Below, one piece after another: positions 40,178 through 53,228 of a stretch of DNA of 64,000 nucleotides. Source of the stretch: Camelus ferus (Eukaryota); contig NC_045696.1 in NCBI RefSeq assembly GCF_009834535.1, positions 53,384,001 through 53,448,000 of the forward strand, read 5' to 3'. Each line of letters begins with the position of its first letter. Positions within the stretch are counted from its first letter, which is position 1. Below the pieces are notes generated by a model that saw nothing but the letters and a program-made list of their open reading frames with translations, had not been told where the DNA came from and did no database searches. The position numbers and the translations under genes were made by a program.

Positions 40178-41066
40178 CCTAAATGTAATAGTAGAAACAT
40201 GATCTGGAGAGTGGTAGATGTGATTAGTGAGGTAGGCAATGAATCATACAGCTGGTTTTTATAATCACAGATCAGTACTGTCATTACTGTGTTAATATCC
40301 TGACTTGTGAAATAACAATAGTTTAAAAAAAAAGAAATGAATAATAGTTTTCCCTTCAAGTCAAGCATCTTGTTTTTTAAATAAACTTCTTGTTTAAAAT
40401 GAAAAAAAAAAAAAAGTCAATAGAAGGCATCCAAACTGAAGCAAAAATAGTGAAAAAAAAAAGAGAAATGTTTGAATCCTATGGGACAATATCAAACCTA
40501 CCATGAGTAGAAAGATAGAACATGTGGTAGAAAAAATATTTAAAGAAATAGTGCAGAGAATGATTCAAAGTGACTGAGAAACATTATCCAAGATACTCAG
40601 TGTACCCCAAGCATAGTACAACAAAGCAAAACACACATAAGTTCTTCACAGTCAAATTGTTGAAAACAAAATATAAAGAAAATAACTTAAAAGCAGTCAG
40701 TAACAATAGATATATCACCTGGAATGGAACAATATGCACAATGGCTGATTTCCCACTAAAAATAATAAAACAATATATTATTAGACAAAGCAATGCTTTA
40801 TATTATAAAGTGCTTTTTTTAAAAGTCAATCTAAGAGTATTATATACAGATCTGTTTATCTACCTGTATATCTGTCTATCTTTAGCTATCTCTCCTTAAA
40901 AAAAAAAGGGCAAATAAAATCATTTCAAAGAACAAAAGCTTAGGGAATTTGCCCTCCAGCAACTTCTATACTACAGGACATGCTAAAAGTGGGTGTTTAG
41001 GCTGAAGAGAAATGATACCAAATGAAACCCCAGAGCTGTAGGAATGAATAAAAGGCACTTTCTAAA

Positions 41067-41277
41067 TATATATTGTCCAATAGGGTAGTTAGTAGCTACA
41101 TGTCGGTATTTAAATTTAGGTAGAAAATTAAATTAAATAAAATTAAAAACTCAGTTCCTAAATTGCACTAGCCACATTTCAAGTGTTAAATAGCTACATG
41201 TGTCTAGTGTCTACTATGCCAGTTGAACACACAGAGAATATTTCCATCTTTGAAGAAAGATATTTTAGACAACACTG
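41067..41277 (-). mobile_element. MER3-like hAT-Charlie MITE nested in the old L1
   Basis: tgtccaatagggtag, aaattaaataaaattaaaaactcagttcct, cactagccacatttcaagtg, ending gacaacactg. Confidence 0.8.
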
Positions 41278-44200
41278 CTCTGGTAAACCACTAAAATATA
41301 ACACAAACACATTCATCTAAATGTTAAAAATAGAAGTAAAAAATGAAATGCACAAAAATGTGATTTACCTCAAAGAAGGCAGAAAAGAAAAACAAACAAA
41401 TAATAATGAGATAGACAGAAACCAAAATGAAATCAGATTTAATCTGAACTATATCAATAATTATATTAAATGGTAATGAACTAAACATTCCATGTAAGAC
41501 ACAGATAAGATTGAACAAAAAAGAAAAACATAATTTTATAGATTTTGTGTAAAGATAGAGAAGTTTAAAGTAAATGTGTAAAAATGTATACCACTTAAAC
41601 ACTAAGATTAAAAAATCTTATTTTTAAGGTTAAGATTGTTGTGTTAAATATGCCATTTAAAACTAGGGTTAAAAAAATGGTGTGGCTATCTTAGTATCAG
41701 ACTAAGTAGACCTCAAGGGAAAGAATACTACTAGAGAAACAGAGGAACATTCCATAATTATAGAGGAGTTAATTCATCCAGAAGTCATAACAATTCTAAA
41801 TGTGTATGCAACCAATAACAGTATTTAAAAACACATGAAACAAAATCTGACAGATTAAAAGGAAGAGTAGAGAAATTCACATTTGTAGTCAGAGATTTTA
41901 TATACCACTATCCAATAACTGTGTGTATATAATTCTACCCCCAAACTATACACAGCCTTCACATGTACACATGAATCATTCACCAAAATAGACTATATAC
42001 TAGGCCATAAAATAGTCTCAAAATATTACAAAATCAAAAATCATCATTTTATATATTGTTTGGAATATAATTCTCCAGAGTAATTTGACACAATGACTCA
42101 AATTAGGAATTAATTTTTAAAAGCTATACAGAAAAAATCCTAAAATATTTGGGATTTAATAACCAATTTCTAAATAACCTATGGATCAGAGAAGAAATCA
42201 CAAGGGAAATTAGAAAATATTACAAAATTAATTATAATAGAAACACACTATACTATATCAAAATCTCTGTGATTCAGCTAAAGCTGCCCTAGAGGAACAT
42301 TTAGAATTTAAATGTTTAGAGTAGAAAATATGAGTAATTTAAAATAAATGATTGAAACTTCTACTTCAGAAGCTAGACAAAACAGAATAAATTAAGCCCC
42401 AAAATAAATAGAAAAAAGAAATAATGAAGATAAAAGCAGAAATCAATCAAATATAAAACAACAGATAATCGGAATGTCAAAAGTGGAATCACTAAAAAGA
42501 TTAATAAACTTAACAGATTTCTAGCAAGATTTATCAAGAAAAAGGAGAGAAAATAAAAATCACCAACATTAGGAATGGAAAGAGGACTTCACTAGAGAGT
42601 CTACAGAAAATAAAAAGATAAACAAACAACTTCATGCCATTAAATTCTATGATAGATTAAATGGACAAAATCCTTGAGTAATAAAGTATCTAAACTGTCA
42701 AAATGAGAATAGACAACCTAATATAGCCCCATAAATATAAAATAAATTGAGTTCATAACCAATAATTTTCCTACAAAAGTACTCCTGGCTCAGAAGGCCT
42801 TCACTGAAATTTTATCAAGTATTTAAGTAAGGAATAATACCAATGCTACATAAATTGTCTCAGAAAATAAAGAAGGAAAATATACAATTTACCCGTATAG
42901 TTTCATACCAAAATTTGGCAAAGATACTATAAGAAAAAAATTACAGACTAATATCTATTATGATCACAGATGCAAAATTCTTTAAAACAATAGAAACAAA
43001 TTGAGTATACACATACACAGTGATACAGAGTGATGCACCATGAATAGATGAATTTTATCTCAGTTATGCAAATGTGGTTCAACTTTTTTTTCCAAAAATC
43101 AATTAATTCAATATACTAAGAGTGAAGCAGAAAAAATACATAATCATCTAAATTGATGGAGAAAACTACATTTGAGAAAATTGAATATACATTCTGAATA
43201 AAAACTCAGCAAATTAAGAATAGAAGGAAACCTCCTCAACTTGATCAAAGAGAACTAAAATAATCCTAAAGCTACTATAACCCCTAATTGCAAAATTTTA
43301 TATGTTTTACCCATACTCTCTCAAAGAGGGTAAGAATGCCCTCTCTCATTATTTCTATTTAATATTTTCCTATGCAATAAAACAGGAAAAAATAAAAGCT
43401 TAAAGATCTAAAAGAAAGGAAAGTGTGTTATGTGCAGATAATTAATTATATATGTAGAAAACTTCATAGAATCCACAAAAAGGGGCTAGAAGTAAGTAAA
43501 TTTAGTGAAACTGCAGGATTCAAAGTCAATTAACAAAAAATTAGTGTTTCTATACACAGTAATAAAAAATTAGAAAAACAAAATCATTTACAGTATCATC
43601 AAAATATTAAATATATAGGGGCAAAATCTATTAAAAATATGCAAGATCACCACAATGAAACTACAAAACATTGCTGAGAAATTTAAAAGGATCAAATAAA
43701 TGGGGAGCTATACCTATGTTCATTGACACAACTTGATATCTTAAAGATGTTTTTTCTCCCTTAATTGACCTGTAATATTTAATGTAATTCCCATCAAGCT
43801 TCCAACAAGACATTTAAAGATACTAGGCAAGCTGATTCTAAAATTTGAGTAGAAATAAGAAGTATCTGGTGTAGCCAAAGCAATATTTTAATGAAAGCGA
43901 GAGAACTTAACACTATCTACTTTAAGATTTACTATAAAGCTACAGTAAACAACGTGCAATCACGGACTAAAAGACATACTGATCAATGGAAAATAGCACA
44001 GTCCAGAAATAGATCCATACACAAGTCAACTGATCTTCAGATAAAGTATCAAGTTCATTCAATGAGGAAAGGAAAGTCTTTTTAAGAAATGGTGCTGAAA
44101 CAACTCAACTCTTATACTCCATAAACAAAATATTAATTTGAGATAAATCTTAGACTTAAATTTACAAAGCACAGAAGAAAAATAAGAACAGTATCTTTGT

Positions 44201-45319
44201 AACCTTGGAAGTTTCCAATAGGTCACAAAGTAACTCTAAAAGAAAAAAAATGATAAATTGAACTTCATAAAAATTAAAATTTACATCTCATTAAAAGAAA
44301 CATTAAGAAAACTAATAAGCAAAATCAGATTGGGAGAAAGTATTCATAATACATATATTTGGCAAAGAATACATATCTAGAATATATAGAGAACTCCTAC
44401 AAGGCAATAATAAAAAGGCAAACAATCCAATTATAAAATGGGTAATGACTTGAACAGATGCATAACAAAGAAGAAATACAAATGACCATTAAGTATATGA
44501 AAATATGTTCAAAATGCTTCCCACAAAATTGTAAAGAGTGTTCATAGCGACTGTCATATTCATGATTACACACATATCTATCAACAGGAGAATGCATAAA
44601 CAAAATGTGTTACTGTCATGCAATAAAATGCTACTAGATAAAATAAAAGGAAAAACTACTGATACATACAAAATCATGAATTAGTTTCTAAAACATTATG
44701 AGTAAAATTAATCAGTCACAAAAATATACTGACTGAATTATTTGATTTATCTAATTTCCAAGAAAAGATAATACTAATCTCTGGCAATAGAAATCAGAAA
44801 GTGATCACTTCTGTGGATGGGCAGAATGAAGGGTAGATTGACCATAAAATGGCATGAGGAAATTTTCTAGGGCAGTGTAAATGACATCACTAGGAAAAAG
44901 AGTAAGCGAGCCACAGACTGGCCACAGAATATGTATACCTGAAAAAGGACTCATACATAGAATAGTTGAATTCTGTACATGGTGATATATATATACATAT
45001 ATATACATATATATGTATATATAATTGCTAAAGTTAATCGAACTGAATGCTTAAGATACGTGCATATATTGTATGTAAATTACATTATATATATATGTGT
45101 GTGTGTGTATATATACATATATTTTTTTTTTTTTTAACCACCTACCAGGTTCTAGATTCTGCATCACTCTCTGGAGATATAATGATGAACAAGACACTAC
45201 TCATAAAATAAGAATATCCAGTAACTGGCCTTTTTTTTAGGCTACTCAAGGACTTAGAACTCAATTATATCTTTCTCTTCATTGTCAACATAATCAACTA
45301 TTTTTTTTTCTCAAAATAT

Positions 45320-45500
45320 AATATAGTGAAAATGTGCTACATAAAGAAATCAGGAGACCTGAGTTTTACTCACATTTCTGTCCTTGACTATCTTTGTGAC
45401 TTTGAGTAACCTATTTATCATTAATATCCTTATCTGCAAAAAAAGGTTATCAGTCCAATATCCTATAAGCTCTACATCTTTACTGACTTCAATTCTTATT
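45320..45500 (+). mobile_element. MIR SINE
   Basis: atagtgaaaa...aatcaggagacctgagtt...tgtgactttgagtaa...ccttatctgcaaaa. Confidence 0.6.
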
Positions 45501-48500
45501 ACATATACTAATGATGATATCATCTATTTACCATGAAGCTACAAACTTGGGGGGAAAACTGTTTATTGTGGGAGGAGACAGCCTTAATTTATTGACCATA
45601 ATATGACAACTGCCATCACTTGCTATTCAATGGTACTCCCACTGAGCCATTTCTTGCGAGTTAAACGAAGAATTTGGAGATACTGAGATCTTGGAGAAAC
45701 TCAGTTCTGCTTAGCCTTGCCTTTATTTAAATTCTAATTATTTTTAAATGGGTTTTTAAAGTATGTTAATTTTGAGAAAGAGTGACCAACCCAGAACTCA
45801 AATCTTCAAATAAAAGGCCCTAGTCGTAGAAAAGCCTTTTTAATTTGCCAGGTGTTGAACGTCATTTTGTTTAAGTGAATTAGTTAAGACTCAGAGATGG
45901 GAAAGAATCTAAAATCTGTATGCCCGTAAAACATTCTCTCTTGTAAACATTTAGAGAACATGCAAGAATAAATTGCTCTTTTATGAGGCCTGCAGAGAAA
46001 CATAATACATAATGTGCTTTTGTTGTGATTTTTTTGAATTTTGCCTTCCTCCAAAATTGCTTAAACACTCTTTGGTTAGAGGAAATAAACCTCAATATCG
46101 CCAAAACTTTACACAAAGATCCCTTTTCACACGCCATTCTCGTCACTTTCTCTTGGAACCCGTGACCTCTCCTTTCATATCCACCCCATGTTTTTCCTTT
46201 CTTTCTGTGCAGTCTTCAGTTTACTTCCATCAGTTTACTTCTATCAGTATAGGCTGATAGTCCTTTTCTCTATCAGCCTATACTAATAACTCCTTAACCT
46301 TTTGCGTCATTCTCAACACCTCTTTCCAATATCATTAATTCACTTATTGATTTATTCCATAAAAACTTCTTGAAGAACAAATAATATATTCAAGATGCTA
46401 TCTAAGTGCCAGGGAGACAGGGGTGAAGAACGTCCCTGCCATCCTGGAGTTATAGTCTAAGAGACACTAAGAAAAGAATTGTAAGTGTGATTGTTTTTCT
46501 TTATTAAGTCCTCTTGCAACCTTTTAATTTGGTCTGTGAGTGTGTGCTTATGTTTACTTTTCAAGGGTCCTTGATTCAAGGTATCAAAGTATACCAAGTT
46601 TCTTTCAAAACTGCCAATCTTCTGATTCACATGCTTCTTGCTTAGGAAATGGTTTCTCAGCATTCTAAAAATATACCTCCCTAGGTACTCCTTAAGTAGC
46701 AAAAAGAAAACAACTGGTGAAAAAAGGAAGGACAGGTATGGTCACTGTTATGTTCCTTTTGTGGGTCTCTGCTTCTAACCTTTTGCCTTTCATTTTCCCA
46801 TTCATATATTTGCTTAATGATTCATTGATTTACAGATTTATTTACAAATATGTATTTAGTGCTCACTATGAGCCAGGGACTATGTTGGACAAGTAACATC
46901 TAACCCATGTCATGGAGGAGCTCAATCATAATTATGTTTTGGTAGAAAAAACATAACTGCCATTGCCAAGCAAAAAAGTGGATTTTTCACACTCTGTCCA
47001 AATAAATGTTTTTACAGTTGATTAAAAAAAAAACTTAAAGATTAAAAAAAGACATTTTTATTGGTGAGATATTCTACTAAATAGCATTTGATGTCTGTGT
47101 ATGTATGTATATATATTTAAATTTTTCTTAGTATCACATTTCTACAGAGGTCTCTTCAAACTACCTTTGATGTAAACTGCAACTGCATTCTAAAACAACC
47201 TTTAAAATACACAAAAGATGATAGTTAGAAAATCATTCTTAGACAATTGATATTGCATGAAAATTTTAAAGCACAGATTTAAAAGATCTTCATCACATCC
47301 TCCAAAAAAACCAAAATTCAAATAATGAAAACAGACACACCTTCATTCAATTTAGAAGGTAGCAATATTTTTTATTTAATTCATATAAGAAATGATTATC
47401 TTATTGTTATTAATAGCAAGAGCTATTCCTGTTCCTCAATATGTATGTATGTTTGAAGCTCCTTTAGGGTGAAACTCATTTGATCAACACTACTCTTAAG
47501 ATCTAGTTACTGGTATTATCTATACCTTATAGGTAAGAAATCTAAGGAAAATAGAGGTTAAAAAAACTTCACTTATTAACTACTGAGTAAAAATATCATA
47601 CAAGATAATAAAATCTGACAGAAAAGACACATGATCTGCCTAAAAGGATCTTTAAAAATAGACAATTATTTTAAAATAATGAATTGTAGTAAAAAGTTAT
47701 GGAATGCTGTTTAAAGGACATGTTTTTTTTTTTTTTTTTTTTTTGACTAAAACATGCCTTGGAGAAATTATCTCCTGTCTTCATCCTCCTATTGGCATTT
47801 TACCAATTCTGAATTTCCCCTTGTTTTCCTCCTTCTCTTCTGCAATTGAAAAGTTTTAAACCTCTGCTGAGGAGCCCATCTGTAGTCAGAAGGGTTCAAA
47901 TGCAGCATTTTAAACTTTAAAAAGCCCCCTTGCCTCTTGTGAGAAATACAGCATGCTGTGCTCATTTGGAAGCAAAAAAGGGTCCACTTTTTCACTTTTC
48001 TGTGATTATAAACAGTTCTCTATTTTTCATGATTAACTGAATGTACAAAAGACTTTAAAATTATAACAGTCTCAGCTATATTCTTATAAAGCCCCATACC
48101 ATCTCTTTGTGCCTTCCTGAGATTTCTGCCGTGTGTTGTTCTGCGGAGATTCCTTCTGCCCTTTCTCATTTTTCCATGGTGTCCTTATCTACTTATGCTC
48201 TGCACTTCCTTCTCCTAATCCTCTTCTTATACCCATTATTTTTCAATATTATTAGCCTGGATTCTTTTGACACAAAGGCTTAAAAGCCGCTGCCTACTTT
48301 TGTCTGTGTTGCCAACTTTTCATGTCCCTGTCATAGTGACACCTTAAATCTCTGACAGCAAATGTCAAAATCTCCCAAACCGCACTGTGAACCAGCTTCA
48401 GCTGAATTTACTGAAGTATTGGGTAGTTCTGATTAAAACAATTGGTACCTCTGGGAATAAATTACATTGATGAGGTCTAAATCCAAGATACTGGCTATCT

Positions 48501-49723
48501 CAAAATATTGGCCTGACTTTGCATATCATGTTCAAAACAAATTAGTTAAGTCCTTCTTACGTTTTGACCAATGATTTTAGTGGCTGCTTACAGGTGAACA
48601 GGGGGTAAGCTTGAGTCAGCGCTCCTAAAAATTTAAGTATTTTCCATAGTTGTATCGCAAATAATAGAGCTGTGAAATAAAATAGACAAGATTAGAATTT
48701 TAGAAGTAGATAAAATGCTACCTAGTCTCATTCTTACCAATTACCTACAAACTTTACACTTTTAATTTCTAATCTGGATATACCTACCTTGGAGGCAATG
48801 CTCTCATCTCTCCTGTATTTTATTCCTGCATTTAAAAATATTCTCTCTTTCTTTTTAATTACTAGTAAATACTGAATAAATTTCCTTTTGGAATAGGGAT
48901 CACAGCAGATTTGTACAACTTAGTTAAAAAATCTCAAAACAATCTTTTAAAATGTTTTCTGAACCTTGGTTCAAAAATAGAGTTTTCTCTTCTTAACCTT
49001 TAAAAATAGTTTGAAGTATAAAAGGACAAAGCAATTCTTAAACACAGTCAGTGACATCCGCCAAAAGCTAAAAATATCTCACTGGTTTAACAGGCCAAAT
49101 GTGCAGCCACTATGAAGTCCTAATGTTATTGTGAATGCCCTGTGATGGGTTACATGGGTAAAGTAATATGTTTGTAGAATTGCACGGTAACTCAAAGAGA
49201 CACTGATAAGCTCAATTTTGCACTTTTGTTCCAGATGCAGGAAGGAAACATTTACTCCATCTGATTTGATCCAGAAAACTCTCTTAATGATATTTGGAAG
49301 GACTTAATCACATTTTCCTTGGTTTTAGCTCTACTGTTCAGCCATACTTCATCTTATATGATTAGGATTTGCCTTTGCAGACATAGTCATAGTGCCTAAT
49401 CCGTCAAGTTCATGTTTAAAATGCAAAAAGTTGAATTTTGTAAAGTACTCTTTCCCAATAATTGTATAATTAATTAATTACATAATAGTTCCTTCTCTGC
49501 TCTCTGCTGGTCCCTGATCTGTGAAGCAGTTGCTTAGGTAGGGGATATCAGACTTGACTCACCCTAGGATTGTTCGAACTGCTTTCATCTCCCAATTCCT
49601 ACTATGATTCACAGGTTACCAGATGCTGAATAAAGTAACAAAGGCATAAGGATATAGGATGCAGTGGTTGCAAAGCAAGTAAAAGGAGGCCATAAACAGA
49701 GCACTGGATGCATAATGAGGCAG

Positions 49724-50175
49724 TGTTATGAGAGGAAAGGTTTTCCCTCAAAATTCATCTGTTGAAGTCCTAGCCTCCAGTACCTCAAATGTGACCATAT
49801 TTATGAATAGGGTCATTGCAGATATAATTATGTAAGGTGATGTCATTGGGGGAGGGGCCCTAATCCAACGTGACAGGTGTCCTTATAAAAAGGGAGGATT
49901 TGAAACAGATACGTACACAGGAAGACCATCACGTGAAGATGAAGGCAGTAATTGAGGTGATGCTGCTAAAAGCAAAGGAATGACAAAGATTTCCAGAAAG
50001 CCATTAGAAGCTAGAGACAATGCATGGAACATTCTCCCTCATAGCCAGAGGAATCAGCCCTGCTGACACCACGATCTCAGACTTCTGCCCTTCAGAAATA
50101 CAGAACAATCTATTCTGCTGTTTAAGCCACTCAGTCTGTGGTACTTTGTTAGAGCAGCCCTAGCAGACTAACACA
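49724..50175 (+). mobile_element. MLT1 (ERVL-MaLR) solo LTR, MLT1C-like
   Basis: TG...CA termini. Motifs aaaattcatctgttgaagtccta, ccctaatccaa..tgac.ggtgtccttataa, agccctgctgacacc and tttaagccactcagtctgtggtactttgtta..gcagccctag. Confidence 0.9.
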
Positions 50176-51569
50176 GACAACCAACTTGAAAGATGGCTTG
50201 TAGACAAGTGGCACAGGTGCAGATGTCAGAGGAGAAGGACAGCCTGATATAAAAGTCAAACAAATGGCAAGTGCCATGGCAGGGACCGAGACATGCTGAC
50301 TGACCTTTCTTCCCTGCGCCAGGGAAAAGACGGGATCCCAATTACCAGAAAGCAAGGAGCTACAAGGTGGGAACAAAGGCTCAGACATGGGCAAGTTGAC
50401 ATAATGTGGAGAGACACTAAGAGAAGAAAGCAAAAGCAGCTGGTATCTACGAGAAGTGGAGGCCAGTAAGACAGCAAAGCAAGATTGTTACTCTACAGTC
50501 TCAAATCCATCACTGAGCCTCATTATGTAGGCAGTGGGGATCACTGGGGAAAGTCAGTAAGGAGTTAAATACTCATCAAAGCAGTATGTAAGAAGGTTTC
50601 TCTGGCAACTGTGTGCAAAACTGGTAAATTTTGGAGATAAGATGCAGAAATGTTTCGACCTTGAGCTTACTACTTAATACTTAACTCCAGTTTCCTTATC
50701 TGAAAAATGGAACCAAACATGTAATCATTGGATTTTTGCAAGAATTAAATGAGATAATACATACATAAAGCCTGATACAGTAAGCCCTTCCATAAATGTC
50801 AGAGGCTGAGTCAGATATGTACCCAGCTATAATTCACACATTTCCTCAAATTAAGTGTGGACACTAAGATTTCTTGTCCCTCTCTGACTATCACATCCTT
50901 GAAAACAGTACCTGTAACTCAGGCTTAATTTTATCTCAGGCAACACTTACCCAGTTATTACGTATAATGAAGAAATCAACACGAGACATGGGTGGATTAT
51001 AAATGATGGGGAAGAGAGAGGGTGCCTGCTAAGTTCCCTCTGCCATTCTCCAACAACTGCCATCCTCTCAACCTAAATCTGAGCTCCAGGCTGAAACCAT
51101 CACAAGAGAGTTAAAAATTTGCACGCTTGTAAATTTGGGCCTCATTTGCTCTAATGAGATCTTGCTTCTCCTCAATTTCTAAGGAAATACAAAGCACTGA
51201 ATGACATGATTCAGAGGAAAGATAACACCTCTTTAGTATCTCTCCACACACTGACCTATTTCAATATGGTGTACTTCTCAGGGTTGGAAAGCTATGCAAA
51301 ATCTGGAAGAAAAATACCTGAGAGGCCATGTCCTCCTGGGAATGTTTCAGCTTTTCAAGATTCTAAATCATCCCTCTCCCTGATATTTTGAGTTCATTCC
51401 CACTAGGAGAGCAATCTGTTCATATAGTTAAAAAAAATTATTGTTCATCTACAATCTAGTAGAAACTGTATTTTTTAAAAAGCCTCATATGGAGTTTGTC
51501 TTTTTAAATTTCACCAAGTAAGAGTAAGGGGCATTAATTTAAGGTAATTTGATTAATTTTGAGTTAAAT

Positions 51570-52155
51570 AACTGAGCCACCTCCTGAGAAAGGCAGCATT
51601 TAACTGTTTACAAATGGCCAGAGAAACTGAATGTTGTTGACAACATTCGTCAGGGATGCATAAGTTTGTTTACGGACTGAGAGGCATCCTTTGGTTATAG
51701 GGAGACTAACCAGGAAGCATTCCTGACCTCTGGTGGCCTAGTAACTTCCTATTACAAAGAATGGTGCTCCCCGGAAATGACTGGGTAGGACTTTCATAAT
51801 GACCTGCCTTCAAGAGTCAGGGAACCTCCTCTTGGTAAGCATATCAGGAAGCCATACAGGAAAACATGCACTGAGACTTGTTAAGATCAGATGCATGTTC
51901 CCTTTGCAGAAATGACAGAGATGTGTCTTCATGTGAAATGAGTGACTAACCACAGGTAGGATTTCTGGAGATAAGAAATTCTTTCCCTAAATTAGCTTGT
52001 CTTTCAGGCATTTCAAGCTCTAATCCCAAGTAAGTCTCTATGACTCTCAATCTTGCCACACTTCTGCAGAAAATGCACAAGTTTCCTGGAATGAGGGCTT
52101 ATGTTCTCCAGGCTGTGGCCTCAATAAAACCACTACTCAGGAGACGTCTGTACAA
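51570..52155 (+). mobile_element. Probable ERV solo LTR, family not recognised
   Basis: A ~580 bp block with higher GC than its flanks and LTR-like composition. It has ctcAATAAAacc near the 3' end (52123-52128). Boundaries and TSD are unresolved. Confidence 0.4.
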
Positions 52156-53228
52156 TTTTTAAAGTTTTGAAGAACAAAGCAGTTTCAATATGTGGCCTCA
52201 AGACTAGCCATAAAGCCGTCTTCCTCCATTTAGTTTTCTTTCCCAATTTCTCTCTAATTGGAGTGTAAGAATGTGTGCTGTGTCTTCCTATGCAGGTGTC
52301 TTTGTATCCAGGTGTGTAAGTGTTGGATTTGTATACTTGGTGTGTGTATGTGTGTGTATGCACCTGTGTCTATGAACAGTATCATTGGCTCTTTCCAGAC
52401 AGAATTTCCATGGAGGGTACTGCTTTTTTCTAAACCATGATGTGACAAGAGATGATTCCTGATAGCTGTCTGCATCTAACATTTTGAAATGTTTTAATAA
52501 CTACCTTCTTACCCCCTGTTGCCCCATCACAGAGGCATAGCAGGGCACGGAATTAATTTAGAAACTGAGATTATTTATGACACCACTTACCTCATTTTAA
52601 AAACACTTCCAACAGTTACCATTCTGGCCATTTGGTTTTCTGGAGGGCCTAGAGTTCTTTTAAAATGAGGGAGACTTGACTTCAGGGCAGCTCACAGAAC
52701 ATGTTATCAATCAGCATGTACCAATGCACACAAATGTGAAAGCTAGTTTGCAAATCAAGAGCAATTGCTGTGATTATCTGTGTATTCCCACCGCTGTGCA
52801 GAACGCTGCACAAATAGCAGGGATACAATCACTGTTCATCTAAATACAAAGTTTCACAGATAAAACTGGAAGAATCTTCCATTAGAACAGTAAGGCTAAC
52901 TTCCTAAAAGATCAAATGGCTCTAGGAAGACTGGATGTGACAGCTAGACCAAACTGGAAAACTTGTTGCTTCACAAGAGTCTATATTTCTCATCTCCACA
53001 AAGAGATCTGGAGCAGAAAGAAACCACTTCAAGGTAGATGAATGCTGAAACAAACCTACTGTGGTAGGGTTCTCAAGAAGTGAGGCGGTCTGGTAGGGCA
53101 CATCAAAATATACAAGTGATATCAAGGGACCCTGGATATGAAATATCCTGCAAAAAAGAGTGGAGGAGTAAAGTTCTAAGTAGCAGAAAATGACAACAGA
53201 ACCTCCATTATTGCTTCCTCTGGAAGAA

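Larger units (their letters stand above)
38876..40415 (+). pseudogene. SUMO2: SUMO2 processed pseudogene (5'UTR, CDS remnant 38960-39246, interrupted 3'UTR, polyA)
   Basis: ATG at 38960 begins MAEEKPK..KTENNDH.NLK..G.DGSVVQFKIK..LSKLM..QGLS.RQ.RF..DGQP.NE..TPA.LEM..VY*, with no introns. It has frameshifts, premature TAG/TGA, and the C-terminal GG changed to GS. UTRs are SUMO2-like. AATAAA is at 40380-40385 and A14 at 40402-40415. TCAATAG flanks both ends (38869-38875 and 40417-40423) as a target-site duplication. Confidence 0.95.
37900..45090 (+). mobile_element. Old, heavily decayed near-full-length L1 (L1M-type) with nested insertions
   Basis: A-rich strand. ORF1-like sequence at ~38550-41050 is split by the SUMO2 copy. 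Endonuclease-like sequence starts at ~41450 (taacaattctaaatgtgtatgcaccaataac) and RT-like sequence lies at ~42900-43500. The 3'UTR ends tgtatgtaaattaca at ~45083. The 5' boundary is uncertain. Confidence 0.85.
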
